A stretch of DNA of 63,284 nt, filler included, from Asterionella formosa (taxonomy: Eukaryota): the NCBI GenBank assembly GCA_002256025.1. It is 16 parts of 16 records of this genome, joined end to end, with 100 filler letters (N's around TTAATTAATTAA, not from the genome) between each part and the next. Parts side by side here need not be neighbours in the genome. Positions count along the whole stretch, not along the records: positions 21,818 to 43,405 come from NKIB01002996.1; positions 43,506 to 44,826 come from NKIB01003007.1; positions 44,927 to 46,247 come from NKIB01003008.1; positions 46,348 to 47,668 come from NKIB01003009.1; positions 47,769 to 49,089 come from NKIB01003010.1; 11 more parts are not named here. The stretch is one strand, 5' to 3'. The translations under genes and the position numbers were made by a program. Below the pieces are notes generated by a model. That model was not told where the DNA came from and searched no databases. It saw only the letters and a program-made list of their open reading frames with translations. Below are positions 37,018 through 49,189 of the stretch, in pieces. Positions within the stretch are counted from its first letter, which is position 1. Each line of letters begins with the position of its first letter.

Positions 37018-37640
37018 CTTCATTGTCCTGGACCTGCCAAAGTACACTGCCATGACTGAATTTAACTGATTGTACTTAAAGCAGGACAATGAAGAGATTT
37101 CCCTAATACCACTGGACCTAAGTAAATTTCATTAGTTCTACAGGATAGCGCACATTTTTCTAAGATGTAATAATATGACACTTATTTCCATGATGTGAAA
37201 AATGAGAGAGTTCTTCACCTTGCAAGAAAAACGCGACTTCATGCTGTCATCAGCCAGCGATCTCAATTTTCGTTGTCTTTGTTAGACTAGTGTTATTACT
37301 TTACTTCTTTTCCGATTACATTTTCCATGTCTTTCTAAATACAGGTAGCAAGTAGCAAAGCGTTGCTCTCTATTTTCGTGGAGATAATTCGCATTTTCGT
37401 CATGGTCAAGGTTGCAACAACATGATGAGGAAGGATTCTCCAGTTGCTCACAGCCACTACCTGTCTTCTCTTGTGTTTTGTTTGTACAAAAGAATCGCAG
37501 CATTATAGCTAAATAATTATATACTAGTGCCTACGAGGACCAATAGAATTATAGCATGTTACAGTCTATGACAAGAAAATTATTGGATGTTTGATGTCAC
37601 CACAAAAAATTGTACAGGGGGGTCCAGGACAATGATGAAG
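37018..37640. mobile_element. MITE (~620 bp) with TA flanks
   Basis: TIR cttcattgtcctggacc versus ggtccaggacaatga(tga)ag, TA on both sides, non-coding. Confidence 0.65.
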
Positions 37641-37894
37641 TACTACCGGTATACGGTTTACTGGTATATTGATACTGGTAAATATTACGTACAGTATACA
37701 GCTCAAAAACAATACGCGCAATGCGCCCATGCGCGCAAATTGCGCATCCTAGGTTCACTTGATGATTATAAATTATCAAGATACTAGGGCTTAGCTTAGC
37801 TAGTAGGATTTATCATACAAGACATCATGTAATCAGGTAATAGAAATGTTGTCCTTTTTTAGATATTGATACTATGTTATTTTATAAAACCCTC

Positions 37895-39350
37895 TAGTGA
37901 ACCTATCATTTCAATTTTGTGTGTTTATGCTGCAATATGACATGATGACCATTTGATGCCGTTGGTCATTGTTCCAAGAATGAGATATGGATACAATCTC
38001 ATTCTATGCTACTCTCCAGTCAATGGAGATGCTTAACATCATGGAAAGGTATCATACTACTAGTTGTCAAGTTATTGAATAGGGGAATGGCTTAGTGGTT
38101 AGCACAACCGCTGAGGTGGCGGGTCCGATTCCTGCAGCCACTCTCCACCTGTATTTTTTATGTAGTCCCTTGGGTTCCAGGGGGTGCAGCTAAAGAAAAT
38201 ACAGGTCCCGTTGTACCATGCAGATGAACAAAACCGGTATTAATTGTTTCCATTGAAAATGTGGGCATGAGGACGACTATTGGATAGCTTTAACGTACTA
38301 TAAATATAGTTTGAATTTTTGTAAAGTTATGGAATAACAAGTAGTAGAAATGTATCATTTCAATTTTGTCTGTTTATGTGATAACATGACATGATGACCA
38401 CCATTCGATGAGCGACGTTGCTCGTCATTGTTCCAAGAATCATGAGATATGGATACTATCTCATTCTATACTTCTCTCCACTCAATTGATATGTTCATCA
38501 TCATTGAAAGCTCTCATATTTGTAAAATTATGCATGGAATAACCAACATGACAAGATTACCATTTTATGCTGGTGTTTTTCCTTGTTCCAATAATGAGAT
38601 ATTGATATAATCTCATTCTATACTATTCCCCACCAGTCAATTAAAATGCCCAACATCATGGAAAAATGCCATAGCTGTACAGTTATGGAATAACAGCCAA
38701 GTAGTAGGAACCTATCATTTCAATTTTGTGTTTTTATGCTGCAACATGACATGATGACCATTCTATGGCGTTTGTCATTGTTCCAAGAATGAGATATGGA
38801 TACAATCTCATTCTATACTACTCTCCAGTCAATTAAGATGTTCAACATCATGGAAAGGTCTCGTACTTGTAAAGTTATAGAGATTCCAGAAGTGGGAACC
38901 TATCATTTCAAATTTGTGTGTTTATGCTGCAACATGACATGATGACCATTCTGCGGCGTTGGTTATTGTCCCGAAATTGAGAAATGAATACTATCTTACT
39001 CTATACTATTCCCCACTCAATTCAGCTGTTAAACATCATGGAAAGGTCTCTTTGTTGTAAAGCTAGCTATAGAATATCAAGTACTACTAGGAATCAATCA
39101 TTTTAATTGAGTTTAATTTTGTGTGTTTATGCGACAACACGCATGACGTAATGACCATTCTACGGCGTTTGTCATTGCTATGGATACTGTCTCACTCTAT
39201 ATTTCTCCCCAGTAAACCGAGATGTCCAACATCATGGAAAGGTCACATAGTTGTAATGTTTTAGAATATCCAGTAGTAGAAACCTATCATTTCAATTTTG
39301 TGTCCGTGTTTTCTTATGCTGCAACAACATGCATGAAATGATGACCATTC
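37895..39350. repeat. satellite 2, ~188-bp unit, about 6.5 diverged copies, first copy interrupted by SINE B
   Basis: (a)cctatcatttcaattttgtgtgtttatgctgcaacatgacatgatgacc recurs at ~37901, 38350, 38710, 38898, 39093 and 39282, with a degenerate copy near 38555. Each unit has the inverted repeat agaatgagat...atctcattct. Confidence 0.9.
38082..38318 (+). mobile_element. SINE family B, full length (~237 bp) with ~18-bp TSD
   Basis: A box TGGCTTAGTGG and B box GGTCCGATTCC. Colinear with 7900-8134(-). Flanks ttgtcaagttattgaata and ttgtaaagttatggaata duplicate a single satellite segment. Confidence 0.85.
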
Positions 39351-39354
39351 TTTG

Positions 39355-42300
39355 GTTTCTTCATTTTTCCAACAATTAGCTATGCAAATGATTTTGGACC
39401 ATAGTTAGTTTTGACGGTGGTCTTGAGACTCTTCCAGACCTTGTAGTTCTAACATTTGGGTCTGAGTCATCCTGAGTGCTTGGATTGACTTCTTCTAACA
39501 TTGCCTCATCATTTTCAAGTTCATTTGCTGGCTCTTCATCCTCATTTTGGATTTCATCTGCATCCATTTCGATATCATTCTCATTGTTGCCCTCATCAGG
39601 TTCAGGGTCATCCTCTTGAGTATTGTTGTTTAATTCAAGCTGTTCTGCTTCATATATTTCATCCGGAGTCATTTCATCATAGTCTTCTTTTCCGAGAATT
39701 TCATCATTGCTTTCGTTGTCACTAGCGTCTTGATCTTCATAATCTTCATCTAGTGCATCTTCAAATTCTTCATTATCATAATCCACTCCTGCAATCCAAG
39801 CACTATCATAAAATAGTTGTCCCGTTCGATTTGATATCTTGAGACCATCTGGCATATTTTCCTGCACAGCAAGGGCGTGTACTTGATTCATGATTGCTGG
39901 TGGGGTAAGTGGTAGAGGAGTAATTGTTTGTCTAGTGATCAATGAATTTGTAGGTAGGTGTAACAATTCATGACCTCCTTGCACGTTGTCATTGTAGCGT
40001 AGATAAATGCAATCTAGGCTGCGAGGTGCATTAGTGTTTGAAAACACAGATTCTTCATGTGCTTGGACATAAGTGCCAAATGTATACTGGCAATGTCGAG
40101 CATAGTCCAGGTTTCATTGATGTAGAATCATACGAGGACTGTAATACGGGGTTATCCCGTTCTTTGCCGGAAAGAAATTCAGTTACTTTGCAGATTCTGT
40201 CACTAGAATCTTAATCATCAGTCGTGGCAAATGTTTGAAAGGTAATCGATGATAAGCTGCGCGCACGCGTTCTTTAATCATTCGATTATTTCGCTCCGCT
40301 TCAGGAACATGTTCTTGTGGGTTTGCGTAGTAGTTCATAGTGACTTGAAATTCATTAGAAATTTGTTCCATCAAAGGTCGAAACTCATTGTCACAGTGGA
40401 TTGTTGTAATTTTAAATCCTCCGGTATTATAAACACGGAATACTTGAATCAAAGCATCTCGACAGACTTCAGCTGTCTGATTCTTGACCGAGATGTTTCA
40501 AGAAATTGTTGTGGGAAATGATTGTCCATTCACTTTCATTCCATCCATGCAAAGAATCACTTCCCGTTGAGCTTGGATGAGCTCCTTAGGAATCTCGATG
40601 TAGTCGTTCACAACTGGCAGTGGCTTGCGACGAGTTGTCTTGCCTTTTAGTGTTCCGATGTCAGGTCCAAAAATTTTCTCTGCAATTTTGATATCATCGG
40701 TAGTCACTGGATTATTGTTGATCGTATTCATATGAATTATTGCCTTGAAATTGTTAATTGATGGTGTACCCAAGGCATGAAATAGATCACGAGCTTGCTT
40801 AGCTCTCTGAAATTGACATTCAGTGTAAAATGTTTTGTTTTCATCAACTGTATTTAACATTTGAGCATTCTCCGCTTTAATTCTTGTAGTTGGCTTGAAA
40901 ACATATAAGTTCATCCCAATTCTTTCAAATCGAACTGTTTTGTCTGGCAAATGAGCAATGAATGCATCTTCTTTCTCGGAGTCGTAGGTAATTCTGTACC
41001 TATCTGCCATTTCGGCATAACTGAAGATGTTTGTGATTGCCTTTTCATTAAACCATACTTCTCCCCATTCTGGAAGATCAGCCTTCATAATAGTTACCAT
41101 GGATCCACCATTTGTGGCCAGGTGCATGCTTCCGTTGGTTGACATTCAAATGTTATCAACCATTTTTGGATTGCAAAAGACTGTGACACTTGATTGATTA
41201 TCCAATAGTATCCAGTCACGCATCTCAGATGCGTGACTGTCTTTGTCTTCCTTGCCTGCATCCTTTTGTTTCCTCTCTTTATCATTATCTCCTGGTTTCT
41301 TGTAGTCGAATTTGTTTGTTATGTCAAACCGATGGTTGCTGAGAACATTATTTGATTTGGTGATGGTCTTTGGGTATTGATTGTTGCCAAGTGATTGTTG
41401 AGTGTTCAGCCCGGTCATAATTGATCCATATTTGGCTTTATCGGCATTATCGAGATATAAATATGCCATAAATTTACTGAAAGCTTGTTCACGAAATATA
41501 TCTTGTTGCTTGATGTCATTCTCATTGTATCCTTCCATGGCTTCAACGAACTTGGTGAGGTTAATGGGTCCTCCCATGTGCGACTTGAGCACATCTCGTA
41601 CCACACGAAATCTCTTGGTGTAGTCTTGTAGCCTTTCTCCTTCTTTTTGCTTTGTGAACAAAAGCGTTCTCATTGCATCTAAAATGATCGACATTGAATA
41701 TCGATTCTCTTGAAAATTTAATGCGTGTTCTTTAATTGCCATAAGCAATGTTATTGGGTTATTTTTGATCCTATTGTTATCGGATCTCGCTTCAATCTTG
41801 TTCTTCATGGCTTTGTTGCATCTTTCCCAGAGCAACGCATATGCCTTGGTATTATTATTTTCGTAGGCCTGTAACCTTTTACTGTAGGTGTCATAATCAG
41901 CCTTAAACTCGATCTCGAATTGCCGATTCTCTGCGGCGCAATCTTCTTCTGTTGTTGCCATGCTCACTTGCATTCTTGGCTTCCATACCGATGTGTTGAT
42001 TGGTTCTAATGACTTGAGTGCAATTCCAATGTCGCATTATCAAACACTTTCTTGATGTAGTTGATGAGATACTCAGTAGTAGTCTCATAGTCAGATGCCT
42101 GCTTCGATGATCCGAGGTAGTAGTTATAGTCATTGACTGACTTCTTGATTGAGTGAGAAGCAATATTGCTCCCTCCCTTGGCTTGAAACTTGCCCTTGGC
42201 TTGAGCCTTCTTGGTAAACTTTCCTTTGCCACTCATGATGCGCCCTGTGCGACTTCTTCAGACTCTGGATGGTCTGGTACCCTCAGATCTTGTCTCCGGA

Positions 42301-42583
42301 CTCTCAATGGTCCGCCTGTTGTTGATTGTGGTATCACGGCTCTTCCTGGCCGGCTAATTCTATTAAAACTGTTGAAATTGCGTCCCGAAGCACTCTATGC
42401 TTTCTTGTATCCTGTAAGGACACGTCAGGGACCAAATAGGCTGTAGATATGAACAACGATGTCTCCGTGATCGATTGTAATCGTTCCTAAGAGTTTTAAT
42501 AGAATTATTGCTTTTTACTGTTGGCGTAGATTGTTTTCGAATTCTCTGGTACCATATTCTTTCTTGATTCATTCGATTCAATA
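39355..42583 (-). mobile_element. Ty1/copia (CoDi-like) retrotransposon B, 5' part (LTR-gag-PR-INT), decayed
   Basis: LTR 42370-42583 and gag from 42236. Protease WILLDNQSS; integrase CMDGMKV...HCDNEF...HVPEAER, followed by an acidic linker. Frameshifts and deletions; RT absent. Confidence 0.92.
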
Positions 42584-42891
42584 TGTAGTAGGTAATTCAT
42601 ACCGGGATTTTCTTTCCTAAAATATTTTCTCCAACACTGACCAGTGCTAGTAGTAGGATCGCTATGATGGTACTAGCTTAGTTTCTTCTAATTATATTTG
42701 GGTGCTTCGACAAAATTTCTGTACAAGGCCAGTATACTACGAGCCTGCAAAAGTGTTTTTTAGGCCTGCAGTTATATACTACCAGTATACTGTAGCCAAT
42801 GGCTGAGCAGTATGGTTTTTCGAAACTGCTGAACCAGTATACTGATCCAGAAAATCCCGGGGAGCTCTTCGTATTCAATACTGCATTTTAC

Positions 42892-43210
42892 TAATGCCAC
42901 TCTTCACGTAAAAAAGATTACTTTTAACGGTTTCATGTGAAGTTTAACTGCTTCATGTGAAGTTTTCACAATGAATTTTGAACGCGAGACTGAATTAGTT
43001 TATGTCTCAAATAATTCATTTGACTTTTCGAAATTTCGTCTACGTACGAGTGTTAATTATGTGGTACTTCACATGCATTAATGCCACTCTTCACGTAAAA
43101 AGGTTACTTTTAACGGTTTCATGTGAAGTTTTAACTGTTTCATGTGAAGTTTTCACAATGAATTTTGAACGCGAGACTGAATTAGTTGATGTTTCAAATA
43201 ATTCATTTGA
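42892..43210. repeat. satellite 1, ~1.7 units of 187-188 bp
   Basis: taatgccactcttcacgtaaaaa at 42892 and 43079, with an internal ttcatgtgaagttt subrepeat. Confidence 0.88.
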
Positions 43211-43505
43211 AAGTTCAACTAAGATCCTGCTCTTGAGGCTAATACATTCACAACACGCATTTTACTTAATGAAATAGTAAGGATATTTGTGGTGTCTAAT
43301 GTCATCCATCTGAGATCAAAGTTTTACGGTTGTACACATCACATGAAGAACTCACACTTACCGGTAAAAAAGCTCCCTCTTCCCAGTTTTCATGTTATGT
43401 AGGTTNNNNNNNNNNNNNNNNNNNNNNNNNNNNNNNNNNNNNNNNNNNNTTAATTAATTAANNNNNNNNNNNNNNNNNNNNNNNNNNNNNNNNNNNNNNN
43501 NNNNN

Positions 43506-43626
43506 TTGTTTCGTTGTGGGTCCAAGATACGAGAGGGTTTGTAGAATACTGTCGGACAATGAGACGAGGAGGAAGTGCTTGTTTGGCTCGTCCCAGGCGG
43601 CTTACGACGGCGAGTCCGCTAATCAT
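43506..43626 (-). CDS. 5' fragment of a gene with a mitochondrial-presequence-like start, truncated by contig end
   Basis: MISGLAVVSRLGRAKQALPPRLIVRQYSTNPLVSWTHNET is Arg-rich, acid-free and has an RQYS cleavage-like motif. Palindrome cluster upstream (43700-44030). Confidence 0.45.
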
Positions 43627-46347
43627 GATTTGCGATTTAGGTTAGAGTAGTTTGAATGGATTATGTTTATGATGTGAAGAGATGCGATCACAATGTAGAT
43701 ACCGGTATTTTTGTAGCCAACACTACAATAGATATTGTAATGTATTCAGTACATCTACTGTACCAGGTACCGTCATAGAGCTAAAATACATGGAAGAGTA
43801 TGTATTGGCCAATAACGGTACCAGGGGTAGCTGGTAGTTGTGAACGAAGGTAAATACAACACCAACAAGAAAGGTACCAGGTAGACTGCCGTGCTAGTAA
43901 CGTCGCTCAACAAAAATGAGAACTGGCAAAAACTCAGCCATTATTTACAGTATTATACTTTTATTATATGGATCTAGGCAGAACACGGGATTATAATTTC
44001 ATGGAACAATTAGGTACCTGGTACCGTACTCTATGTACTCCTGCTTCTACTGTGACATCATGATACCGATATGAGGAAATATTTAGTCGAACAAGTCCTT
44101 CCGCCCTGCAGTAGAAATCATATGAAAGTCGAGCGACGCCAGAAATTCAATTCGAATGATAGTATACAGGCATGAGGATCAGCAATCATCAGTGTATACT
44201 CGCAACGGAATATCAATGATGTATGTATGCCCATTTCGAGGGCATTTTAATCACGGACCCTGAAAAACATGTGTCTCATCGTTACGCATAGCTGGGGCTG
44301 TTCGCCACATGCATTGTCGGAATCGACTCCCGTCGTTTACGTAAATATGTCGCGGCTAGTACCCGGCAATGATCTTCCGGTACCAGTATATACTTTCAAA
44401 TGACGACAGGAGCAACATGATTGTTTTGGTGGTCAAAGAAAACAATAGCTAACGAAGAATAATAGTTTTCAATCTCACAACATCTTGTAGATCGTCCGCG
44501 AAAAGAAATCGCTGTCGCAAGATAATTACTTGGGCTGCGTTGGGAAACACCGGTAGCTGGCTATCTCACGTTACAACAACACCATACCAATTACATTCAG
44601 ATCAGGATAGGGAGAAAATTCTAAACGGCCTGTTTGAGTGTTTGTGAAGTGGTCAAATCTCCTCCTTCCGCCGACTTTCCCCCTCCCAAATATACTTGTA
44701 TGCATATATCATATATGCATTACCAGGTACCGGAATATTTGTTGTCCTACTTGGTTGTGACACAGCAGTGCGCTCTCTTGACTTGGAGGATACCTTGGAC
44801 TTTACCGACGAGTCGTTCTAGCAGGCNNNNNNNNNNNNNNNNNNNNNNNNNNNNNNNNNNNNNNNNNNNNTTAATTAATTAANNNNNNNNNNNNNNNNNN
44901 NNNNNNNNNNNNNNNNNNNNNNNNNNCGTTTTTGTCGTCTTTTCTGCTATCATGGTTGTGTTCTCGTTGTCGTTACCGCTGTCCCTGCTGTTTCTGCTGT
45001 CATTTTTCTTGTTCTTATTCTATTGTTCTTTCGTTATGGTTACTGTGGCTGTAAAACCTTCTCTTCCTTGGTGTTCCTCGCCCTGCGTTTGAACTTGAAC
45101 ATGCATTGTTTGATATGAAATGTAAAAAGGTCTTGTTTGTTAAAAACCAGCCATCATCTGACTCTGTGAATCTTGTTCTTCGCTTCCAGATAACAAGAAG
45201 GACTCTGTTGTGGGCCGGTTCCTCTGGAAGAAACAGGCAGGCATTTTTTGTTTCTCCTTGCTTGTCATCACAGAAAGGATGCATCTGAAAGTTCGAGAAA
45301 TTATGGTAAGCAGTTAATATTTTGGGAAATGGAAACAGGTCTTTTGTCACATTGCTGTTGTTCTTTTTGTTGTTGCTCTGCACCGTCGCTCGTTTTCTTC
45401 GTCTTGTGTTTGGAAATATGAATGATTGCTGTTGTAGTTCCCTTACCTCCATTTCGTTCTTCCTCTTACTTGTCCCGTTTGGAATTGGAAAAGTGGTCAG
45501 TCATGAACATACTCTGCGAACCTTTTTCTTTTTCTACAGACAATCAATCTGTGTTTGGCAGGGCAGGGTTGAACCTTGAGAATAATGAAATGCGTCGTGC
45601 TCTGCCTGTGTCAGGATGGCTATCCTGTGTCAGGCAGGCTATCAATCATTTGTTATTTGCATTGTTGAAAGGATTCCTCTGGTGCATAGGGGACAAATGT
45701 ATACATGGTAAGCAAGTGCAATGTTTTCTTGCCTTCTGCTGATATTGTTTGCTGTTGCTTGTTGTGGGCAGATCTCCTCTCCTATTCTCCTTCGTCTTTG
45801 TTCGGAATTGTTAGCGCAGGCATTGCCTATTTGTAATGAATTAGAAGAAGGGCTTGATTTTGTGCATGTTAATTGTTGATCACGAACTTACTCTGCAAAC
45901 GCTGTTCTTTGTCTACAGACAATCAATCTGTTGAGCAAGGGATTTGTTGTGAATCAGGCGGCATGGTAAGCACAACAAGAACGATGCCTTTGTAACAATT
46001 GTTCGTCCATGAACTCACTCTGCGACCGTTGTTTACTGATTGCAGACAATCAATTTGATGAGGGCTGGGTTGGACATTGGGGAACATGGTAAGGAGCACA
46101 CAGAACCGAAATCATGGCTTCGCAACTTTTGCTATCTCATCAACTCACTCTGCAAATGCTGTTGCCCTCTTGTTTCTACAGCAGACAATCAATCTGAGCA
46201 ATGAGAATGAGCAGCCGGCTCATTTGCTATGAATTGATCTACCGATANNNNNNNNNNNNNNNNNNNNNNNNNNNNNNNNNNNNNNNNNNNNTTAATTAAT
46301 TAANNNNNNNNNNNNNNNNNNNNNNNNNNNNNNNNNNNNNNNNNNNN

Positions 46348-47668
46348 CATCCATACCACAAAATGGACACTTCCTCAAATACCTATGAGGCATTCGCTTC
46401 CACCCCACCAAGGTGGGGACAGTTACAAATGCCCCAATCCGACACCGAACTATCAAAGCCAGTCCTGCTTGGTCGTTGGGACTGCCCCCCACACGTGACC
46501 GTGTGAGTGGATGCTTGTCAAATCCGGCTCCCTCATACCACACTGTGCGGGCCCCCGACGGACGAGTCAAGTTCCGTCGGATCCCACACTCTCTCTCCAA
46601 GATGCATGCTTTCACTACCTCAGCCAGTACCTTTGGTTCCAGGCTCTGCCATCCAGCACCCAAGTACCTCTCCACAATAGACACCGGTGCATGGGGGAGC
46701 GCATAGCGTTTCAGCCAGCGCGGACCCCCTGAGCACCATGTCCATTTCTGACTTCGGAATGGTCTTAGGACCAATTCCTGAAGCCAGGTTTTGAGACCCG
46801 AGGCCTTGGCATAAGCTCTGGCCCGTCGGGCACCCGCCAAGGCACACATTGGCAACATCCGTGCCTCCTTCCAAAGGCCTACTGATGGCACACCCCCTGC
46901 CCTCCTGGCTCCAATGCTAGCCCTAAGGCATCGGTTCAGAAGAACCTGCATTTTGTCCGTAAGGTGACGGTTCATACCATACAGCTCAGCCCCAAAAAGG
47001 AGGCGGGGGGCAACTACTCCTGCAACAGTCAGCAAACGCATGGCCATTGGTACCACCGGGCACCGTAGAAACGGTACCAAGGTGGCAACTGTGGCCCGCC
47101 CTTGCTTGACTCTATGGTCCACCATAGACGAGATAGACAGACCTGGTGTCATGAGGACACCCAGATACATATATCTGTCCACAACAGGGAGTGGAAGTCC
47201 CTCCAGTTCCAGTCCAGCCACATCTTGTCCAGGGACAAGCGGTTCGGTGGCCGAACCTGGGTCTGGCGGTAGGAATTCCATCAGCCCGCACTTCCCTATG
47301 CCCACACTCATCTCGTTAGCTGTAACCCAGTTGGTAACGTGCGTACAGAACCGTTTGGCCGCCTCCAGGGAGGGGCAGATTCCGGCCGCATCATCAGCAA
47401 AAAGGGTACATCCCACTGTCAGTGTGGGTGTGGAGTTCCGCCATGTGCGACTGTCCCCAGTTGGTACCAGGGCACCGCGCTCCTCCGTCCCCACTGCCAA
47501 GTCATCAATGAAGATGTTGAACAGTATAGGCGAAAGAGGGCAACCCTGCCGCACACCTCGCAACAGTCTGCAGGGGTCCGAGTAAAGGGCAGTCAAGCCA
47601 CCCCCCACTCGTACCCTGATTGTACTGCTGCGATAAAGGGCACGTAGAAAAGCAAGGCAACGTCCCCT
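46348..47668 (-). mobile_element. non-LTR retrotransposon (LINE), RT C-terminal half to zinc finger
   Basis: RGVRQGCPLSPILFNIFIDD, LFADD, YMYLGV and C-terminal CPFCG. Uninterrupted frame, GC-rich. Confidence 0.93.
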
Positions 47669-47768
47669 NNNNNNNNNNNNNNNNNNNNNNNNNNNNNNNN
47701 NNNNNNNNNNNNTTAATTAATTAANNNNNNNNNNNNNNNNNNNNNNNNNNNNNNNNNNNNNNNNNNNN

Positions 47769-49089
47769 ACAGCCCTCGAGATTCCGCTTCCACATTTATC
47801 CTGGTACCAAGGATCACACACACCACCTTGAGGACAGTGGCCATGAGCGAAATCCCCCGATAGTTGTTCATATCAGCCAAGTCCCCTTTCTTAGGTATTG
47901 AGACGACCAGTGACTCAGCCCATGACTGGGCCACCAGTCCCCTCTCATACGCAAAGTTGAGTAGGGTTCCTAGTGAGTCCGTCATTGGAGTGGATGGTGG
48001 CGGGGTGGGCTCCTCTTCCCGATAGTTTTGAAGGTGGGAAAGTAGGGCCCGTTCCTCCGCCAAACATGCCTGTAGCAGTTCAGTGGGTATCCCGTCACCG
48101 CCCGGAGCATGATGGCTCTTCATCTTCCTTAGGGCAGTCCAAATATCGGAGGTTGTGAAGGGTTCGTCCAGCGAACGGATCCCCTCATTTGCCTGTGGTT
48201 GCGGGTCAAATTTCTCCCAATATTGGGCCTCCTGGCTATGACCGGTTTCATCTGCTGCTAGAGAGGCATAGTGTGCTCCCCAGGCCTGATGAATATCAGT
48301 CAAAGCTGTCAGCAGGCGTCCATCCGGGCCAAGGACCGGTTGGACACCTGCGATGCTGCTCTTCTGGCGCCATCCTGCAGTCGCTGAGGCCCACCGCCAA
48401 TAATGGCGAGGTTTCTCGCGCATATTGACGTGAGCCTCCCTAATTGCCTTATACCATGCCCGCCTACCCGAGAGGCGGATCACCTTCCGCGCCCTCTCTT
48501 TGGCAGCCTTGTACATGTCCCCAAGCCGTGCTACATCTTCACGGTCTCCTCGCGACTCCGCCCTCCGGGTTTCCCGGAAGATCCTCCTTCGGGTCTCAAT
48601 CGCCCGACGTACCTGTCCTGTCACTCTTGGTGGGTTTAGTCCCGCCACCCGTTGGTGGAGGTTCAGGTCCTCTGCCACCTAGATCGGTTTTTTTCCGCTG
48701 CAGCCCATTGATGTTAAGGGTGCCCACCACCAGTGGTGCCCCACAGCCATATTCCGGCCGCATCATCAGCAAAGAGGGTACATCCCACTGTCAGTGTGGA
48801 GTTCCGCCATGTGCGACTGTCCCCAGTTGGTACCAGGGCACCGCTCTCCTCCGTCCCCACTGCCAAGTCATCAATGAAGATGTTGAACAGTATAGGCGAA
48901 AGAGGGCAACCCTGCCGCACACCTCGCAACAGTCTGCAGGGGTCCGAGTAAAGGGCAGTCAAGCCACCCCCCACTCGTACCCTGATTGTACTGCTGCGAT
49001 AAAGGGCACGTAGAAAAGCAAGGCAACGTCCCCTGATCCCAAACCGGGATAGTTTCGCAAAGAGTGCCTCGTGGGGCACCGTATCATAT
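47769..49089 (-). mobile_element. rearranged LINE fragments (RT core, APE start, linker plus RT N-half)
   Basis: 49089-48751 nearly duplicates 47668-47379. 48745-48680 encodes LVVGTLNINGLQRKK (APE motif I). 48678-47769 encodes APGGDGIP, IPKKGD and NYRGISL. Confidence 0.9.
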
Positions 49090-49189
49090 NNNNNNNNNNN
49101 NNNNNNNNNNNNNNNNNNNNNNNNNNNNNNNNNTTAATTAATTAANNNNNNNNNNNNNNNNNNNNNNNNNNNNNNNNNNNNNNNNNNNN

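Noticed and set aside
37895..39350. CRISPR-like array (palindromic repeats at regular spacing)
   Set aside because: The whole 188-bp unit is repeated with no unique spacers, there are no cas genes, and the context is eukaryotic.
21591..42583. One giant LTR element bounded by LTR-B copies at 21591 and 42370
   Set aside because: The LTRs are on different contigs with host genes between them; they are independent insertions.
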